A stretch of DNA of 64,000 bases. It comes from Camelus ferus (Eukaryota). This document shows, one piece after another, positions 12,998 through 26,472 of this stretch. The stretch is from NCBI RefSeq assembly GCF_009834535.1, contig NC_045696.1, positions 87,918,001 through 87,982,000 on the forward strand. Direction: 5' to 3'. The notes beneath the pieces were generated by a model. The model had not been told where the DNA came from and made no database searches. It worked only from the letters and a program-made list of their open reading frames with translations. The stretch's first letter is position 1. Every line of letters starts with the position of its first letter. Both the position numbers and the translations under genes were made by a program.

Positions 12998-13177
12998 TTA
13001 ATTCCCCAAACTCTGGTCTTGCTCTGTATCTCCTTTTTTTCTTCTGTTTGGTATTTCACAGGGCTGTTTATCCTTTATTTTGCCTTCACCGTCTGCCCTA
13101 AGCACAAAGTAGGACAGATCTCTTGGGGTCCTGTCAGTTTCCTGCAACAAAGACTGGACCAATTGTTTAGCCCTTGT
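12998..13177 (-). other. Candidate terminal coding exon on the minus strand (59 aa + stop)
   Basis: Acceptor ttctatttggttcctcttcag, then open frame TRAKQLVQSLLQETDRTPRDLSYF...QSLGN*. AATAAA-type signals lie downstream (+ strand tttatt near 12843 and 12741). No homolog recognised. Confidence 0.3.
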
Positions 13178-13344
13178 CTGAAGAGGAACCAAATAGAAGC
13201 TTTGGTAGAAGTTATGACTCAGAAAGAGAGACGTAAATAGCATGACCCTTTGTATACAAGTCTCCAGGATAAGAAAGGAATAAATATGACACATACTAGA
13301 GGAAAAGTGGGATTACCCCCCCACCATTACAATCCTTCAGACCT

Positions 13345-13522
13345 CTGTTTATCAACCTGAGCTGCATATTAGAATCATCTGGTGAGATTTTTTAAATTCT
13401 GATGTTTAGGACGTACCTAGGACTAACTAAATCAGATTTTCTGTGGTCAGATTTGGGCATCAATAGTTTCTAACACTACCCAAGTGGTTCCAGTGTGTGG
13501 CTACATTTGAGAACCAACGTTT
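13345..13522. mobile_element. MER5-family hAT MITE
   Basis: ctgcatattagaatcatctggtgag...aaatcaga...ccaagtggttccagtgtgtggc...tttgagaacca. Confidence 0.75.
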
Positions 13523-15759
13523 GGGGGTAGAGCAGAGCAGCAATCTGATATAAAAATCTCAGGCCTTTGGAGAGGGAGGCTGTCCCCATGGTTAATGAGT
13601 CCAGACCTTTTAGTGAGGAAGGTAGAATTTCATTGGCACTGGATGAATGCCTGGGGTGTGAAAGAATATGAAGATACATTGTTTCATTGGATTCTACTCA
13701 AGTCCTTGAGGTACGTATCAGGTCCCCATTTCATAGAAGAAAATGCTGAGGCTCCAATGACCTGCCCAAAAGCTGAGAGAACTGAGATTCTACCCCAGAA
13801 CTATAGTGCCAGGATCCACGCTCTTTTGTGCTGTCCTGTGCTTCCACTGTGCTGCAAAGCATAGGGTGAACACCATTGCCACTGCAAATTCTATCTCATT
13901 TCCAGCCTCCTAGGGGTCCTTGTCCTCAGGTTTCATATCTGGCCCCAGGAAATTCTCAAAGAAGGAAAATGAAGGGAAGGAGTTCTCGACACACACAGAA
14001 TTCTATTTTACTCAGAACTTCCATTCAATCAACAGGCTGTGTCTCTGACATTCTGATAACAGAAAACAATTTCTTTCGCAGGCTCCTTAGCACATCAGCA
14101 CCAAGTTTCCCATGTCATATCCACTTCAATTTCAATTTTACCCCAGGACACATGCACCTCGGCATGGTCAGATCAGCAGCCTATCAATGATGGCAAAATT
14201 TAACAGCCTTTAGAAGAGAGCTGGATGAAAAGGATTCCTAAATGCTTTTCAATGCATCTGTGAATCCTCCTCCTTTCAATGGTGTAATATTTTAGAATCA
14301 GCCACTCAAGTTGACATCCATTCTGAATGGCAATGTCTCACCCTTCTTATGAAGATAAATTCCAATGCCATGAGTCTCTTTAATGTGGGCTCAGTACCAA
14401 TGAAACTATTTCTGCTGCTGCCTGGCATGGACAGATAGACAAATATTTCCTTAGAAAATACCAGAAATCATTTTAAAGCATTAACCTCATAGTTTAACAA
14501 AGCCCAGTAAGCTATATACCTTGCCTACCTCACTCTGCCTTCTCACAGAGTTCTCTTTGCAGATCTAAGACTCAAAATTATGTTTTCAATATTCAGTAAA
14601 GCCCAATTAAGAACTACCTGGAATTCTTTATCCTTTCATCATCTATACATTGGGGAGAGTTCTAGCATATACTTCACAAGTTTATTTAAAGATTAAAATG
14701 AGGGATGAGAGAAATTCAAGATGATTCAGTAAATTATGTGGTACTTAGTAAAATTCAATATATATCAGCACTATTCCCTCAATTTTTTATAACTTACTGA
14801 AATTCCCTTATTAAAAAGTCTAAGAGCCTATTTCATTCAGAGAAAGGATTTCAGTAAAAACTTCTTCTCTAGTAAAAATCAGATCTCCTAAAACTGATAT
14901 TCCCTCTGCCAAACAATGAAAGTAATGCCATCCACTGTACTGTATCCTAGCTACCAGAGCTCTGTGTTATTTGTGCTCAATTATTCTTTCTTGAATCAGA
15001 TAGAGACTATTTTATTTTTCCTTTTATTTAAGTATATCTACCCCTTTTTTCAAAGGAATGTGAACCACCATACTATAGAAACATAAATTTAATAGAAAAA
15101 TATAAGAATCTACATCAATATAAATACAATTTCTTACGTGGGAAAAAAAAAAAAAAAAAGCATTTCTTACCCTTGTGCTCTGAGATAAAAATAGCCAGAG
15201 AAATTGACCTTGACCAGTCTACCATAGAGATGGATGGATGGATGGAGTTGTCCTTTAGCTACTGGACTTTTGTCTTTCATTTAGTATTAAGGACTTGACT
15301 TATAATGTCAATAATTTTACTGTAAACTGCTTCAGTGCTTTTGGAAAATGGAATATAAATACATAAATATATGAACAAAAAAGTTCTCTCACATGCATGC
15401 TAAGCATTATTTTCACTTCAACATCACAGAATGAGAACCCACCCCAATTTCCTCTGTTCTGTAAATACTAGGTGCAGACCTTTATTCTAGACAGTTGGGT
15501 TACATTAGTGAAGATGACAGGAAAGATCTCCCAAGAATGATATTCTAGAAGAGAACTTTCCTTTCCAGTTGGGGTATACCAATGAGCTAGGGTTGTACCA
15601 GCGATTGATCCTCTTAGTCTTCTAGGTGGCTAGGTTCTGCTCTGGGGATGCTGGAGCACTAAACTCACAAGTCACTTATCTGGTTGTAAAGACATCTCTA
15701 TTTGGTGTTTATTAAGTATGCAAGTCATTAGTCCATTTACCCTGTATGCCATACAAATA

Positions 15760-16374
15760 CACTCAATCCTCCTTATTCACTCATTATGTATTTGCAAATG
15801 TGCCTACTCACTAAAATTTATGACATCAACACTCCCAGCTTTTTATGGTCATACAGACATACACAGAGCAGTGAACAATCACCCAACACAAACATTCCAG
15901 GCTGAAGCTGAACAAAGAAACAGTCCGCTTTCTTATTTCAGCTCCTACCACAATCAAGTCCCCTTTCTGTGGTCTATTTAGTGCCACATCTTTCACATTT
16001 TGTGCTTTTTGTTGGGGATTTGCTCTTTAATGTGGTCCCCAAGCACGGTGTCAATGTGCTAATGCTCCTAATCTCAATATGCTTTACAGAGGGAAAAACA
16101 TGTATTAGAAAAGCTTCACTAGAGCATGAATGATAGCACTGTTGGTAGTGAGTTCAACATTATGAGTCAATAGTATATATTAAACAGGATGTCTTTAAAT
16201 AGAAATACTCATAAAACTAACTTATGTGTTGATGGGTGGATGAAGATGTTGTGACCAGAGGCTTATAGGAAACTAATCCTGTGTTTTCTATAGGAGCAAT
16301 GAATCAGCATTCACTAGTCTAGTGTTCACAGTGACTTTATAGAACATAGCTACCATGAGTACAAGAATCAACTG
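15760..16374. mobile_element. MER44/Tigger7-type TcMar-Tigger non-autonomous DNA transposon
   Basis: TA then cactcaatcctccttattcac...gcctactcactaaaattta...gtggtctatttagtgccac...gttgtgaccagaggct...gactttatagaacatagctacc...gaatcaactg. Degenerate terminal inverted repeats. Matches the recalled MER44 consensus along its length. Confidence 0.88.
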
Positions 16375-16479
16375 ATTTCTTAGATGTGGTATCATGCAAA
16401 AAAGTTTGTGAAAAATTCTTCCAGATGACGAAAGACAGACAACAAGCCAATAAAAGAATAAACAGAGTGTTTTCATATA

Positions 16480-17420
16480 TTAAATCCTATGGAGAAAATG
16501 AGATGAAGTAAAGAGAAAAAAGGAGATGGGGAGGAAGGGGACCACTTAAGATTAGATGATCAGAGAAGTCCTCTGGGATGAAATAATAGTTGTGCTGATC
16601 CTTGAACATCTAGAAGAAGCCAGTGATAAAAAAAAAAAAAAAAAAAGATGGGGAGAAGAGGTAGAGGATTCCAGGAAGAGACAGTGAGCATAAAAACCTC
16701 GAGGAATGACTAGCCCTAGTATATTCCAAGAACAGAAAGGCCAGAGTGGCTGGAACACAGCTTGGCAGGATGGAAGTGGAGGGCAGAAGGCATAGGCTAG
16801 ATCATAGAAGGACTGTGGGGCCATGGGAAGGAGTTTGGATTTTAAGCATAAACAGAAGCCATTTCCCAACACTAAGCAAACAAATTGTACGACCTGATCA
16901 ACATTTCAAACGCTCCCTTTGGCAACTGTGTGAAGAATAATTGTAGCTAGGCCAGTAAGAAAACAGAAAGAGCTGGAAGAGGCTCTGACAAGATCCAGAT
17001 GAGAGAGATGAGAGATGATGGTGGCCTGACTAGGACTGTGGCACTAGGGATGGAGTGATGTGATGATGTGAGTGGATGCTGACAGCACTCGTGAAGGGTA
17101 AGCAAAAGCCAGGAAAAAAGGATACCTTCTAAGAGGCTTGAGCCATTTGAGAGCAGTAATTGTGGGAAGAATAGTTCTTTATGAACAAAACCATGAATTC
17201 TGCTGGAGATGTCTAGAAATCAGTTTAAGATATACCATAGAATTCAATAATAAAGTCAGAGACAGAAGTATAAATGTGGGTATCATTGGCCCTTAGGTGA
17301 CATTTAATTAAAGCCTTGGTACTAAATGCAATTACCCAGCAAGGCAAGCAGAGAACTGACCAACAAAATCCTGGGTAGACCATTAAGGACAAGTACCAGA
17401 GAAGAAAATTCAGCCAAGAA
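16480..17420 (-). mobile_element. L2 LINE fragment
   Basis: gatcagagaagtcctctg...ttccaggaagagacag...aaggccagagtggctggaa...gggccatgggaaggagtttggatttta...gatgatggtggcctgactagg. Confidence 0.8.
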
Positions 17421-18519
17421 AACCAAAAAATGAATCTCCAGATGAAAGAGGAAGGAAATTACTGCTTAAAAATATTTTAATTCTTTCATAGGTATTAAGA
17501 GTCTTAATGATGTAAATTTGGTTGTCTATATTATGAATGTTTTATTATCAAACAGAACAAACACTATGTTGGTGTATTGTTATTCTTGTTATTATTATTT
17601 GCTTAATCAATCACTACCGATATTGAGTATTCGACTCTACTAATGTGTAAATATGCTTAGAATTTTACCCAGGGACAATTTTTGTAATTTTCTTAAGCCA
17701 CAAATATATAAATTGAATAAATTTTCTTTCATTGCAGATAAATTCTTTATTGCCGTAAGTTGCTAGAGACCTCTAATTCTCAGGCAGTGAAAAGGAGCGT
17801 AGCAACGAAGGTCATTCTCCAGGACGCAGAGCTGTGGCCCACATGCTGTGTTTGGTTCTTCTCTATTCAACATACTCAATTGTTTTTGGCAGTTGAGGTT
17901 ACCTACTTCTAAACTAAGCAATAAAATGCTGAAATGTGGACACAGTTGCAGATGGACAAGTACATCGAACTTAATGGTAATTTTGTTTGCATGTTTTTCT
18001 TCTTATTATCATCTGACAACAGAACTTAGGGATTTTTATACATTTGAAATCATTTGTTGTTATAAACAATGGAAAACTAGGCTTGCTGCCATTCACAGCA
18101 GGCACAGCTCAGAGTTTGATAAAGAAGAACGTTAACACCCTGACACAGCATCATTTGGCTCCATGTTGAAATCAACCCCAATGTGGGCTGAACTACCTTT
18201 TGAAAGAAAAATGTCCCTCCTCTCTGCCAGCACCCCCATGACCTCACTCTGCCACCCACCTCTCAGCTTCCCAGTCAGAAGCTCCATACTCTTCTACTCA
18301 TTCTTTTCCTTTTTATCCAAGATAGTATTTCTCCCTCTATCCTCAGCACCCAGCAAAGTGGCTGGTAAATCACAGGTTCTCATTAAATGTTGAAATAAAA
18401 TGGTACCTTTGATTTACAATTGCCCTGTTTTCTAAAATCTTTTATGTTTTATTGCACAACCTCTTACTCTTTCAATTTTATCAGTTAATTTATGATTGGG
18501 GGCTTTTTTGCTTTTTAAT

Positions 18520-19420
18520 GGTCAGTCCATATTTTGTAGCATCTACTATTGACAAGACTCTAAGTTTGGAACTGCAGCTGTAACAAAACCGCTCTTGAGG
18601 AACTGACAGGTTAATTGTCTGTTGAATAATCAGGATAATTAAAAACTATCCAAAATAAGTCCCAAACATATAGATTACATTAAAGGTATCAAAGCAGTTG
18701 ATAGGAAAGAGATCTGCACAGGTAGGAGTCATTAGGGAATATTTCTTTGCAAAGGCAGCATTTAAGCTAAATATCAAGAATAAGACAGAAAATAAGTCCA
18801 GGGAATATCTTCCTGGAATAACAAATGTAAGCAAGGGTCCTGAACTGGGAATGCATCATGAATTTAAGGGACTTATAAGTAGAACAATTTGTGGAAGTGA
18901 AAGATCAAAACTCAAGGTAAAAAATGGAAAAGGCAAAGTGAGAAAGACAAGTTGGGCCCATGTCCTAGAAGATGGCTATTTTTTATGCTTACATCCAGAA
19001 TCGCTTTGAAAAGCAGCAGGGGGTGACTGCAAGTTCTGTAATTATTAAAGAGGAAAAAGATCAATTTGTAAGGTGTTCAGGTGGCTTGTAAGAAAGGAGA
19101 TGTTGCTGAATCCAGTGAGAATATGATTAACATAATACATGAATAAGAACGGTTGTGAGAACTATAGAATGTATCGATTGATTAAATATGGTTGAAGGAG
19201 AAACATGAAAACCAGCATTGAGGTTTCCAGCTGGGGTGGCCAGAGCAGAGGAGGTATTACTAACAGATATAAGGAAGTCAGGACAGATCAAAGGGAAATT
19301 GTCTGGGGAAAGAGAGAGAATTCTAATTTAGGGTTATTGACTCCAGGGTGGTATCAAAGCACCTCCATAAAGCTGTTAAAATGTTTCGTAAAAACATCTA
19401 CCAAGAAGACAGAGACAGAA
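18520..19420 (-). mobile_element. Degenerate L2 LINE fragment
   Basis: catattttgtagcatctact...gcatttaagctaaat...gcaagggtcctgaactgggaatgc...gaggtttccagctgggg. Confidence 0.6.
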
Positions 19421-20435
19421 GACTGGAGATTAGAACAGAAATCTTTCCAGCCTCCCTGGAAGACACAGGTGATCATTTTTGGCCCATAGTGTCTGTATGT
19501 ACTGAGTGAAGGCTCTCAGCATCTAATACATTTTGATACTATTTTGAACTAACCTCTAGGATAAATCCCTTCAAGCTAAAGAAAAATAGACAAATTTCTA
19601 ACCTCCAAAATACCCTTAAAGACCGTGAGTTCAATGGATATTTACCCATAAGAATTAAGATAGCTAACAAGAGAAGTGTGGTTTGCAAGAGAACAGGACT
19701 AGAGAAGACCTGGGTGTCGGCTGCAGGCTCATTAGCCTTCTCTTCTCGGGCAACTCACAAGTTGACGGCCCTGGCTCCTCGCCTGTTAAACAGCAACATT
19801 AGGCCAGACAATCTAGAACATTCTTTCTAGTTCTAATCCTTGTTTCTATCAAATTTCTTTGTATTATAGCAACAATATCATAACTTATAAAGAAAATCAT
19901 ATCTGTAAGAAAAAATACAGAGAAAAGAGAGATGAGAGGCTCTTGTTCATCAGGGAAGCTGCTTTAGACTTGTTCAAAAAGCATCTTCTATGTCTCTGAT
20001 GACCAGCTGGGGTCATTAAAGGGCTGCTGAGACATGTAACAACACAGATGGAGTAAGAATTCCAATAGAAATATAATATACAAGCTTTTAATGAGTAAAA
20101 GTCCACACATTCATTTTTTACTTAACGTGACTGATTCTTCCAGGGAGGAATCAATGCATCTGGATTTTTACTGCACTGATCAGACACTAACCAGAGAGAA
20201 GGAACCAAATCCACTGTTAACCATTTAATGTTCCTGATGCTTTACATATGTAACATGCATAACCTCACTGAATGCTCCAAACAGCCATCTAAGATTAGTA
20301 CCATTTTGATACTGGAGATTTTCTCAATGAAGCTGAGGTTAAAAAGGTAAAGTAGCTTCCTCAACCATTACTTGGTTAGTACATGCTAGAAGCAAGCTTT
20401 AAATGCAGATTTTCTTCCAAAAGCACTTTCCTTCC

Positions 20436-20526
20436 TATACAATGGAATACTACTTAGCCATAAAAAATAAAATAATGCCATTTGCAGCAACATGGATGGA
20501 CCTGGAGACCATCATTCTAAGTGAAG
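20436..20526 (+). mobile_element. ~90 bp internal L1 ORF2-end fragment with no poly(A) or TSD
   Basis: tacaatggaatactacttagccataaaaaataaaataatgccatttgcagcaacatggatggacctggagaccatcattctaagtgaag is near-consensus L1 ORF2 C-terminus. Confidence 0.9.
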
Positions 20527-21624
20527 CTAATTTTTATGTGAGTTTGGTTACATGTATTAACTGAAAAAGAACAGAGCAGCTGCATCACATAAAAAATACA
20601 ACCCCTGAAAGAAAATTAAAACATAATATTCCATAGTTCTCTAGAACACTGGCAGTAAAATGTTTATATTCCTCCTTAATAAGTAGTGTGTCTGCAGTTA
20701 TTATTGCTGGCACTATGCTAAAGTCCCAAAGGGGAACTCAGGATGTCAGCTATGGGCTCCTCCCTCCTGAAGCATTTTTTAAACAATGAAACATTAAAAT
20801 TTCCCTAAATAGTCTGGTTAAGATGCTCAGGAGTAAAGAAGCTTATGAAAAAAATAACAGTGTTTTCACAAGCAGAGCCTTTTCTTACATCCTTAAAATG
20901 TGTATTTAATAACTCCCTGCTTTTAAATATGTGTTTAAAACTGTGTGTGTAAATATAAAGAAAGCCCCTAGAGATGTGGAGGTGCATCAGCTTTCAAGTC
21001 AGCAGTTGAAGGATATGTCAGTTCAATTAAAGATAAAATAATGTTTTGCCACATTTAAAATACACTTAAAAATCATGTTTCAAAGTGTTATTTTTTAATT
21101 CATTTTCCCCTAGAAAAAATCCAGTATCTTTGTTTTTAATATAAAGCTTTAGAGGATTTAAAAATAAAAATATTTCTTGGGCATCAAAATGTCTTATGCA
21201 AAATACATATTTAAATTCCATAAGCCTTAATGAATGAAAAAGACATGAATTCAATCTTGGCTAAATTATACATTACTTCAGAAATTATGGCAAGAGTGCT
21301 AGATAAACATTTCTAAAAATAAAGTATCCAATACGCAATGAATTCTAAGTTTATGGTTCATCACTAGGATTAATGGCAGGCCACGATTTTACCTCCTTTT
21401 CACTCAGCCATAAAGGTTGAGTTTGTAAGTTCTTATTTTTGTGCCAAGACATTCACATTTAGAGAATTTCCTTTCACTGTGCTGGAGCATCTTGTCTTAA
21501 ACTGTCATTATACACCACTCATCACTATCAATGTCAGCTGTAAGAGCACCAGCTGCTCCTGCCTCAGAGAAAAACTCTCTAGCTTCAGAGTTTAGATGCT
21601 GACCATCCTATAATTTTTGTACTG

Positions 21625-22060
21625 CTTATTAGGCTGTCAGTTTGATCAGTAATGAGAATTTCCAGTGGGACTTAAATAACAATATCCCTTTATTTTATAA
21701 ATATGAGCTGGAATGGGAGCTTCACAGTCCTCTCCCCAATCCCTACATGGTCACTTTCCCCATCCCTTGGGTAAAGCCCCCATTCTCTTAGTCCAAGATG
21801 ACTGCCAGAACTCCAGGTACCATTCCCTTACTCCAGGTCTCAGATGGCCTGCCTCTTTAAGGAGATTTTCCAAATGTCACACACAATACTTCCACCTAAA
21901 ACCCACTGGCTAAAACTTTGTCACATGACTAAGCCTTGATTGCAAGGCAAAATGGGGTGTAGACTTTTACTTCACTGGCAATATGACCAACTGAAAATAG
22001 AGGTTATTTCTAACAAGTTAAAAGAGAATGGATAACGGGGGGTAGCTAGAACATCCAACA
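21625..22060 (-). mobile_element. MaLR MLT1-type LTR
   Basis: gtgggacttaaataac...tccaagatgactgccag...ttgtcacatgactaagcc...gcaaggcaaaatggg...agagaatggata. Confidence 0.6.
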
Positions 22061-22654
22061 GTCATTTATATGAAAGCTTACACTTAAAAAAAAAAAAAGT
22101 ACACATTCATTAAAACCCATCAAGAATAAGAGCACAGATTACTTTCATTTTATTATCGAATTTGAACTGAGTCGAAGGAAAACTCATGCAGTGGGAACCT
22201 GGTTGGAAGCCTGGCTGGAAACCCATGTGTAGAGAGAGCTGGTCCACAGTGAAAGAGAGGGAAACAGGAGGAGCAGAGCTAGAAGGGGGGCAACCTCACT
22301 CTTCCTTGTGTTAATTTAGTGTCTTCTGTTCTAGCCACCAAAAGCACAGTAAGTAGAATAGGCTATCAGGGACACAAAAATAGAAAGAGAGCAAATATTT
22401 TTTGAACACTTATTTATATCAGGTATTATGTCACTGTATTACGTCTTAAACCGTATAGCAAGATAGCATCTACTGAGGCACTAATCAGCAAAGCAATGGA
22501 TGTACACGGGTAACCTATTTCCAATGGCAATGAAACATTGTTTTTTTTTTTCATTTTGGGTTCCCTACCAGAATCATGAGGAGAAACCCATCCAACACAC
22601 AATAACTCCCACCAAGCATTCTGTCCCATGTAGAGAAATAATGTTTGGCCTGGG

Positions 22655-23130
22655 TGGCCAAAGCGGTCATCCTCTCACTCAACATTTGTTCCCAACCAGT
22701 AACTCTTGTTTCCTTTCTCATAGAGCCTAGAAAGCTAAACATTACATTTTGCTTTCACTCAAAGGAAGTTACATAAGAGTCCTGGACCTCCCTATAAAAA
22801 CATCTTTGGAAAGGGCTTGTCTTCCTAACTGAAAAATAAGTAAGTCCTTTAGAGAGGAATGAGTTTGGCTTTCCTACATTCTACCTTCCCCGATTCTTAA
22901 TACAAGGCGCAGCTGCCATCTTGAAAGCGTAAGAGAAAAATTGACCCACCAAGACTGCCTAGAAGGAAAGACAGAAAATACGTAAGGTTCCCTGAAGGAA
23001 TTTTGAATAGCTCTACCAACCTTTGACTGTCTATTTTAGAATTCTTTTTATGTGAAAAATTATTCAGCATTCAAGTTACTCTTGGTCATCTTTTCTGTTG
23101 CTTGCAGCTAAATAGTTTCTTAAATGAAGA
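22655..23130 (+). mobile_element. ERVL/MaLR-type solo LTR (LTR33-like)
   Basis: ctagaaagctaaacattacatttt...gcagctgccatcttga...ttttctgttgcttgcagctaaatag. Confidence 0.55.
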
Positions 23131-25380
23131 GGTAGCTTCAAAAGCTCTTCTGGCGATGATGTTAACCCCAGGATCTAGTAAAATGACTGTACTCTGTTCC
23201 AGAGACTACTTCTCCATCTTATCACCTGCTTCCCAGGCTGTCTTCAAAGATTCTTCTGCCTCCCTACTGCTGCCCCACTGCACTGACCACCCTCAGGGTT
23301 GCCATGGACTGACCTGCGGTTCCGGCTTCAAAAAGCAGGCTTTTTGCCAAGAGTATTGCTCAAACACTATCCAGACACGTGGAAAGGCACGTCCTTCCCT
23401 CTCCTGAAACTATACCACTTATTGCTGCTTTCATTTTCTATGTGGACCGGGTACCACAAAAATCAGACACTTGCCTACTGTAGTTTCTATGGTTCCATCC
23501 ATATGAGGGAACCCCCCCTTTCCTCATCAGTCAAAGTAGTTGATACTGTCATGGAAATTCACCACACACACACATACACACACCTAGAGCTACATATTTA
23601 GAGATGCTACTTTCATCTCTGTTTTAACATCATCTTTAAATGTAAAACTGATACATTAGTCCCACAAAAATCTTGTAGGATTTGAATTATTATCCACCCC
23701 AACTTTGAAAAGAATAACATGACTGAACTCAAGCAGCTGATAATTGAGGAAGACAAGATTAAATGCCATATGTGACCCAAAATGCTTTCTTTTCCACTTT
23801 ATTTCATTTCCTCCACTGGCTGGCATACTGTTTTGGCTTCTAACTAAATTACAATTGAGAAGGGAAAAAAAGGTCAAGAAAATAAATAAAGAGCTCTGGA
23901 ATTTGTGGCAGCATGCTTTACAGAAGGAGCAACAGTTACTAAATAAATGTAGCTAATAGGAATTAAATTTGCCCAAGAGACAGTATCTTCCAGTGTGAAG
24001 GGTTGTGGCCATGGAACTGGATTTGTTTGTTTCCTCATTTAATAAACATTAAATGCCTTTCATATGAGACACTGTGCTAAGATTCAAACATTCAGAGACA
24101 ATTAAAACTATCCTTTTGAAAAACAGAGTTAGGAAGAATGAAAAGGGTAGGGAGAGAAATGAAGGAGGGAGGGAGGAAGGAAAAGAGAAATAAATTATTT
24201 CATATGGAACAAATATAAACCAATGATCAATTCTATCCAGACCTTTTTTATGGTAGGGGGAGGATTAATTTGTTCATTTATTTATCCATTAAATAATTAT
24301 AAAAATCATACCTGGAGGTACTATCTTTAAAAAGTTAGGTAAGATTTCTGTCCAAGTGGACTGTACAGTTTAGTAGAAGCATCGAGCTGAGAATGTTTTC
24401 ATGGGTGGTAATTCCTTTCCTGGTTCTTTTCACGTGCTATTTTATCCTGAGAAGCTCACATAAATATCTGGGTTTCAGTTTCTTGATAGGTCAAAGAGAT
24501 AGCTCTCCCTGCCTTTCCTAGCTCACCAGTTTTTGAAAATACCAAAACAAACAGTGTTTTGAAATCATTTTTAAATTGTGAAACATGTTACAACTAGAAA
24601 TGATTTTTCCACTTGGCCATTCTTTACCCAATGGAATTTAGCACCGAACAAGCAAAGTATATGCTAGCAAGGGTGAGTTCAGCACTGTAAACTCACTATG
24701 AACACTAAGGAATTCAGAGAGAATAAATGTGAAAAGCAAGCTTTTCTTGCTTTTGACTGATGGCATTTTTTCTTCAAAGCCTTTGCCGTAATATATAAAA
24801 AAAAAAAAAAAACCCATCATGACGTCCATATAATAAACTATCTGCCCACTTTCCTATATAACTGCATGAAGTGTTACCCTCAAACCTCCTAAAAATACAC
24901 CCGGTTTGGCTTGAAATGCAGTAGCTGTGTCAAAGCACACAGAAGACAATTAAATGGTACACTTCTATGGTAGGCACACACACTTCCCGGAAGATTTACC
25001 ACCCTCCAGACTGAAGGTCCATGTTCTCCAGGTAAAATTCCATCTCCTGCAAAATACGGTAGTTTTGAAATTTTGTTTTAAATCCCCACTGTGCACATCA
25101 TGCAATTTATTTCTTATTAGATGGCCTAAACTTTGCTGGTGAAACCTCTTCTAATCTGCAAAGCCTCCATTCCTGGAACAGTCCCAGGAAGACAGGGAGA
25201 CACTATTACTGTAAAGCTTAGAAGCAGCCCCAGTGCCCCTTTCAATCATCTCAGCTGAAAGCAAAGCAATATTATCATCTCAGATACTCAAAGAGGAACT
25301 TGAAAAACTCAGCAACCCAACATTTTTGAGTTAAAACCATTTCCAGTTGTTGAGGGCTAAAGGATTTTTTTTTAATTTTC

Positions 25381-26472
25381 TCTGCCTAATTAATAAGGGT
25401 ACAGGTGCACAGCTAGCTAGCTAGATATGAGCAGAGAAAGTGGGGCTCAGGCCACATGGCAGGAAATCATACAGCTCGTGAACAGCAGAAGTCCTTGGGA
25501 AGACAAAAAGAAGCAGGAACCTCCAGACTGACAGGAAGCCATGTATCTTGAGTGACAGGGGTCTTGGAGGCAGACAAAGAAAGCTGGGAATTTCTGGCAT
25601 ACAAATGTAACTTTTGCTTATTATGCCCTCATTACAATAAAATAGTCTTGCAGATGGGAGGTACCCATTATGCACCAGCGCCATGAGTTTTGATCAACAC
25701 TAAATAAGGACAAAGCTCCCTCCTCCCTTTGGCAAAGGGGAGCTGGAATGAAAATCAGAAAATATAACCCAAAACCCCTTAGTCCCCAGTGCATATTCTG
25801 CCTCTTCATTTTTACACCCCATATCAAGCTTGCCATAGAAACTCAGGGCAGCTGCTCATCAAAGTCTGCTCACCTGAGTCATTCTCCCCGTAAGAGCATA
25901 CTATTACTTAATAAATTCTTGCTTTGCTTTCTTGACCTCTGTGTCTCATCTCTGAATTCCTTCTGTGATGAGATAAGAATCTACCCCTCCAGTAGCACAG
26001 GGGATTCAACACATGGTTCTGCTACTTAAATACCATGTGGCAAGTTACTGACTTCTTTGAGACTCAATGACATCACCTATAAAATCTGCTTTTGGGCACA
26101 ATTCCCATTTTTTCTGACTGACTGATCTTTTTCACTCTTCTCAGGTTCTCACCCTCATCCACGGGTAAATTTAAAGCTGAGGTTGCAATACATGGCTTGT
26201 CAGGTAAAGAAGAGTATGTACTATGAGGCTGGGGGAAAGACATGTCCTGAAAGAAGTCATGGGAAAGGACAGGAGGTGCTCAATAACTTTCTACTGTCAA
26301 GAAGGAGAGGAAGGTTAATAATGTCCATCAAGGAGGGAAGGGGTAATAGCAATCAAAGGTCAAAAAAAGCAGGAGTGAGAATACAGATGTGCAGTAAGTA
26401 GCTTGAGCCCCACTTTCTCTGCTCTTATCTAGCTAGCTGTCTGTGCACCTGTACCCTTATTAATTAGGCAGA
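25381..26472. repeat. 69-bp inverted repeat pair (25381-25449 / 26404-26472)
   Basis: tctgcctaattaataagggtacaggtgcacag...agagaaagtggggctca versus its reverse complement; 66/69 identical by manual alignment. Confidence 0.97.
25390..25991 (+). mobile_element. Solo ERV LTR
   Basis: AATAAA at 25910-25915 followed by U5-like cttgctttgctttcttgacctctgtgtctcatctctgaattccttctgtgatgagataagaatctacccctcCA. The 5' boundary is uncertain. Confidence 0.7.
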
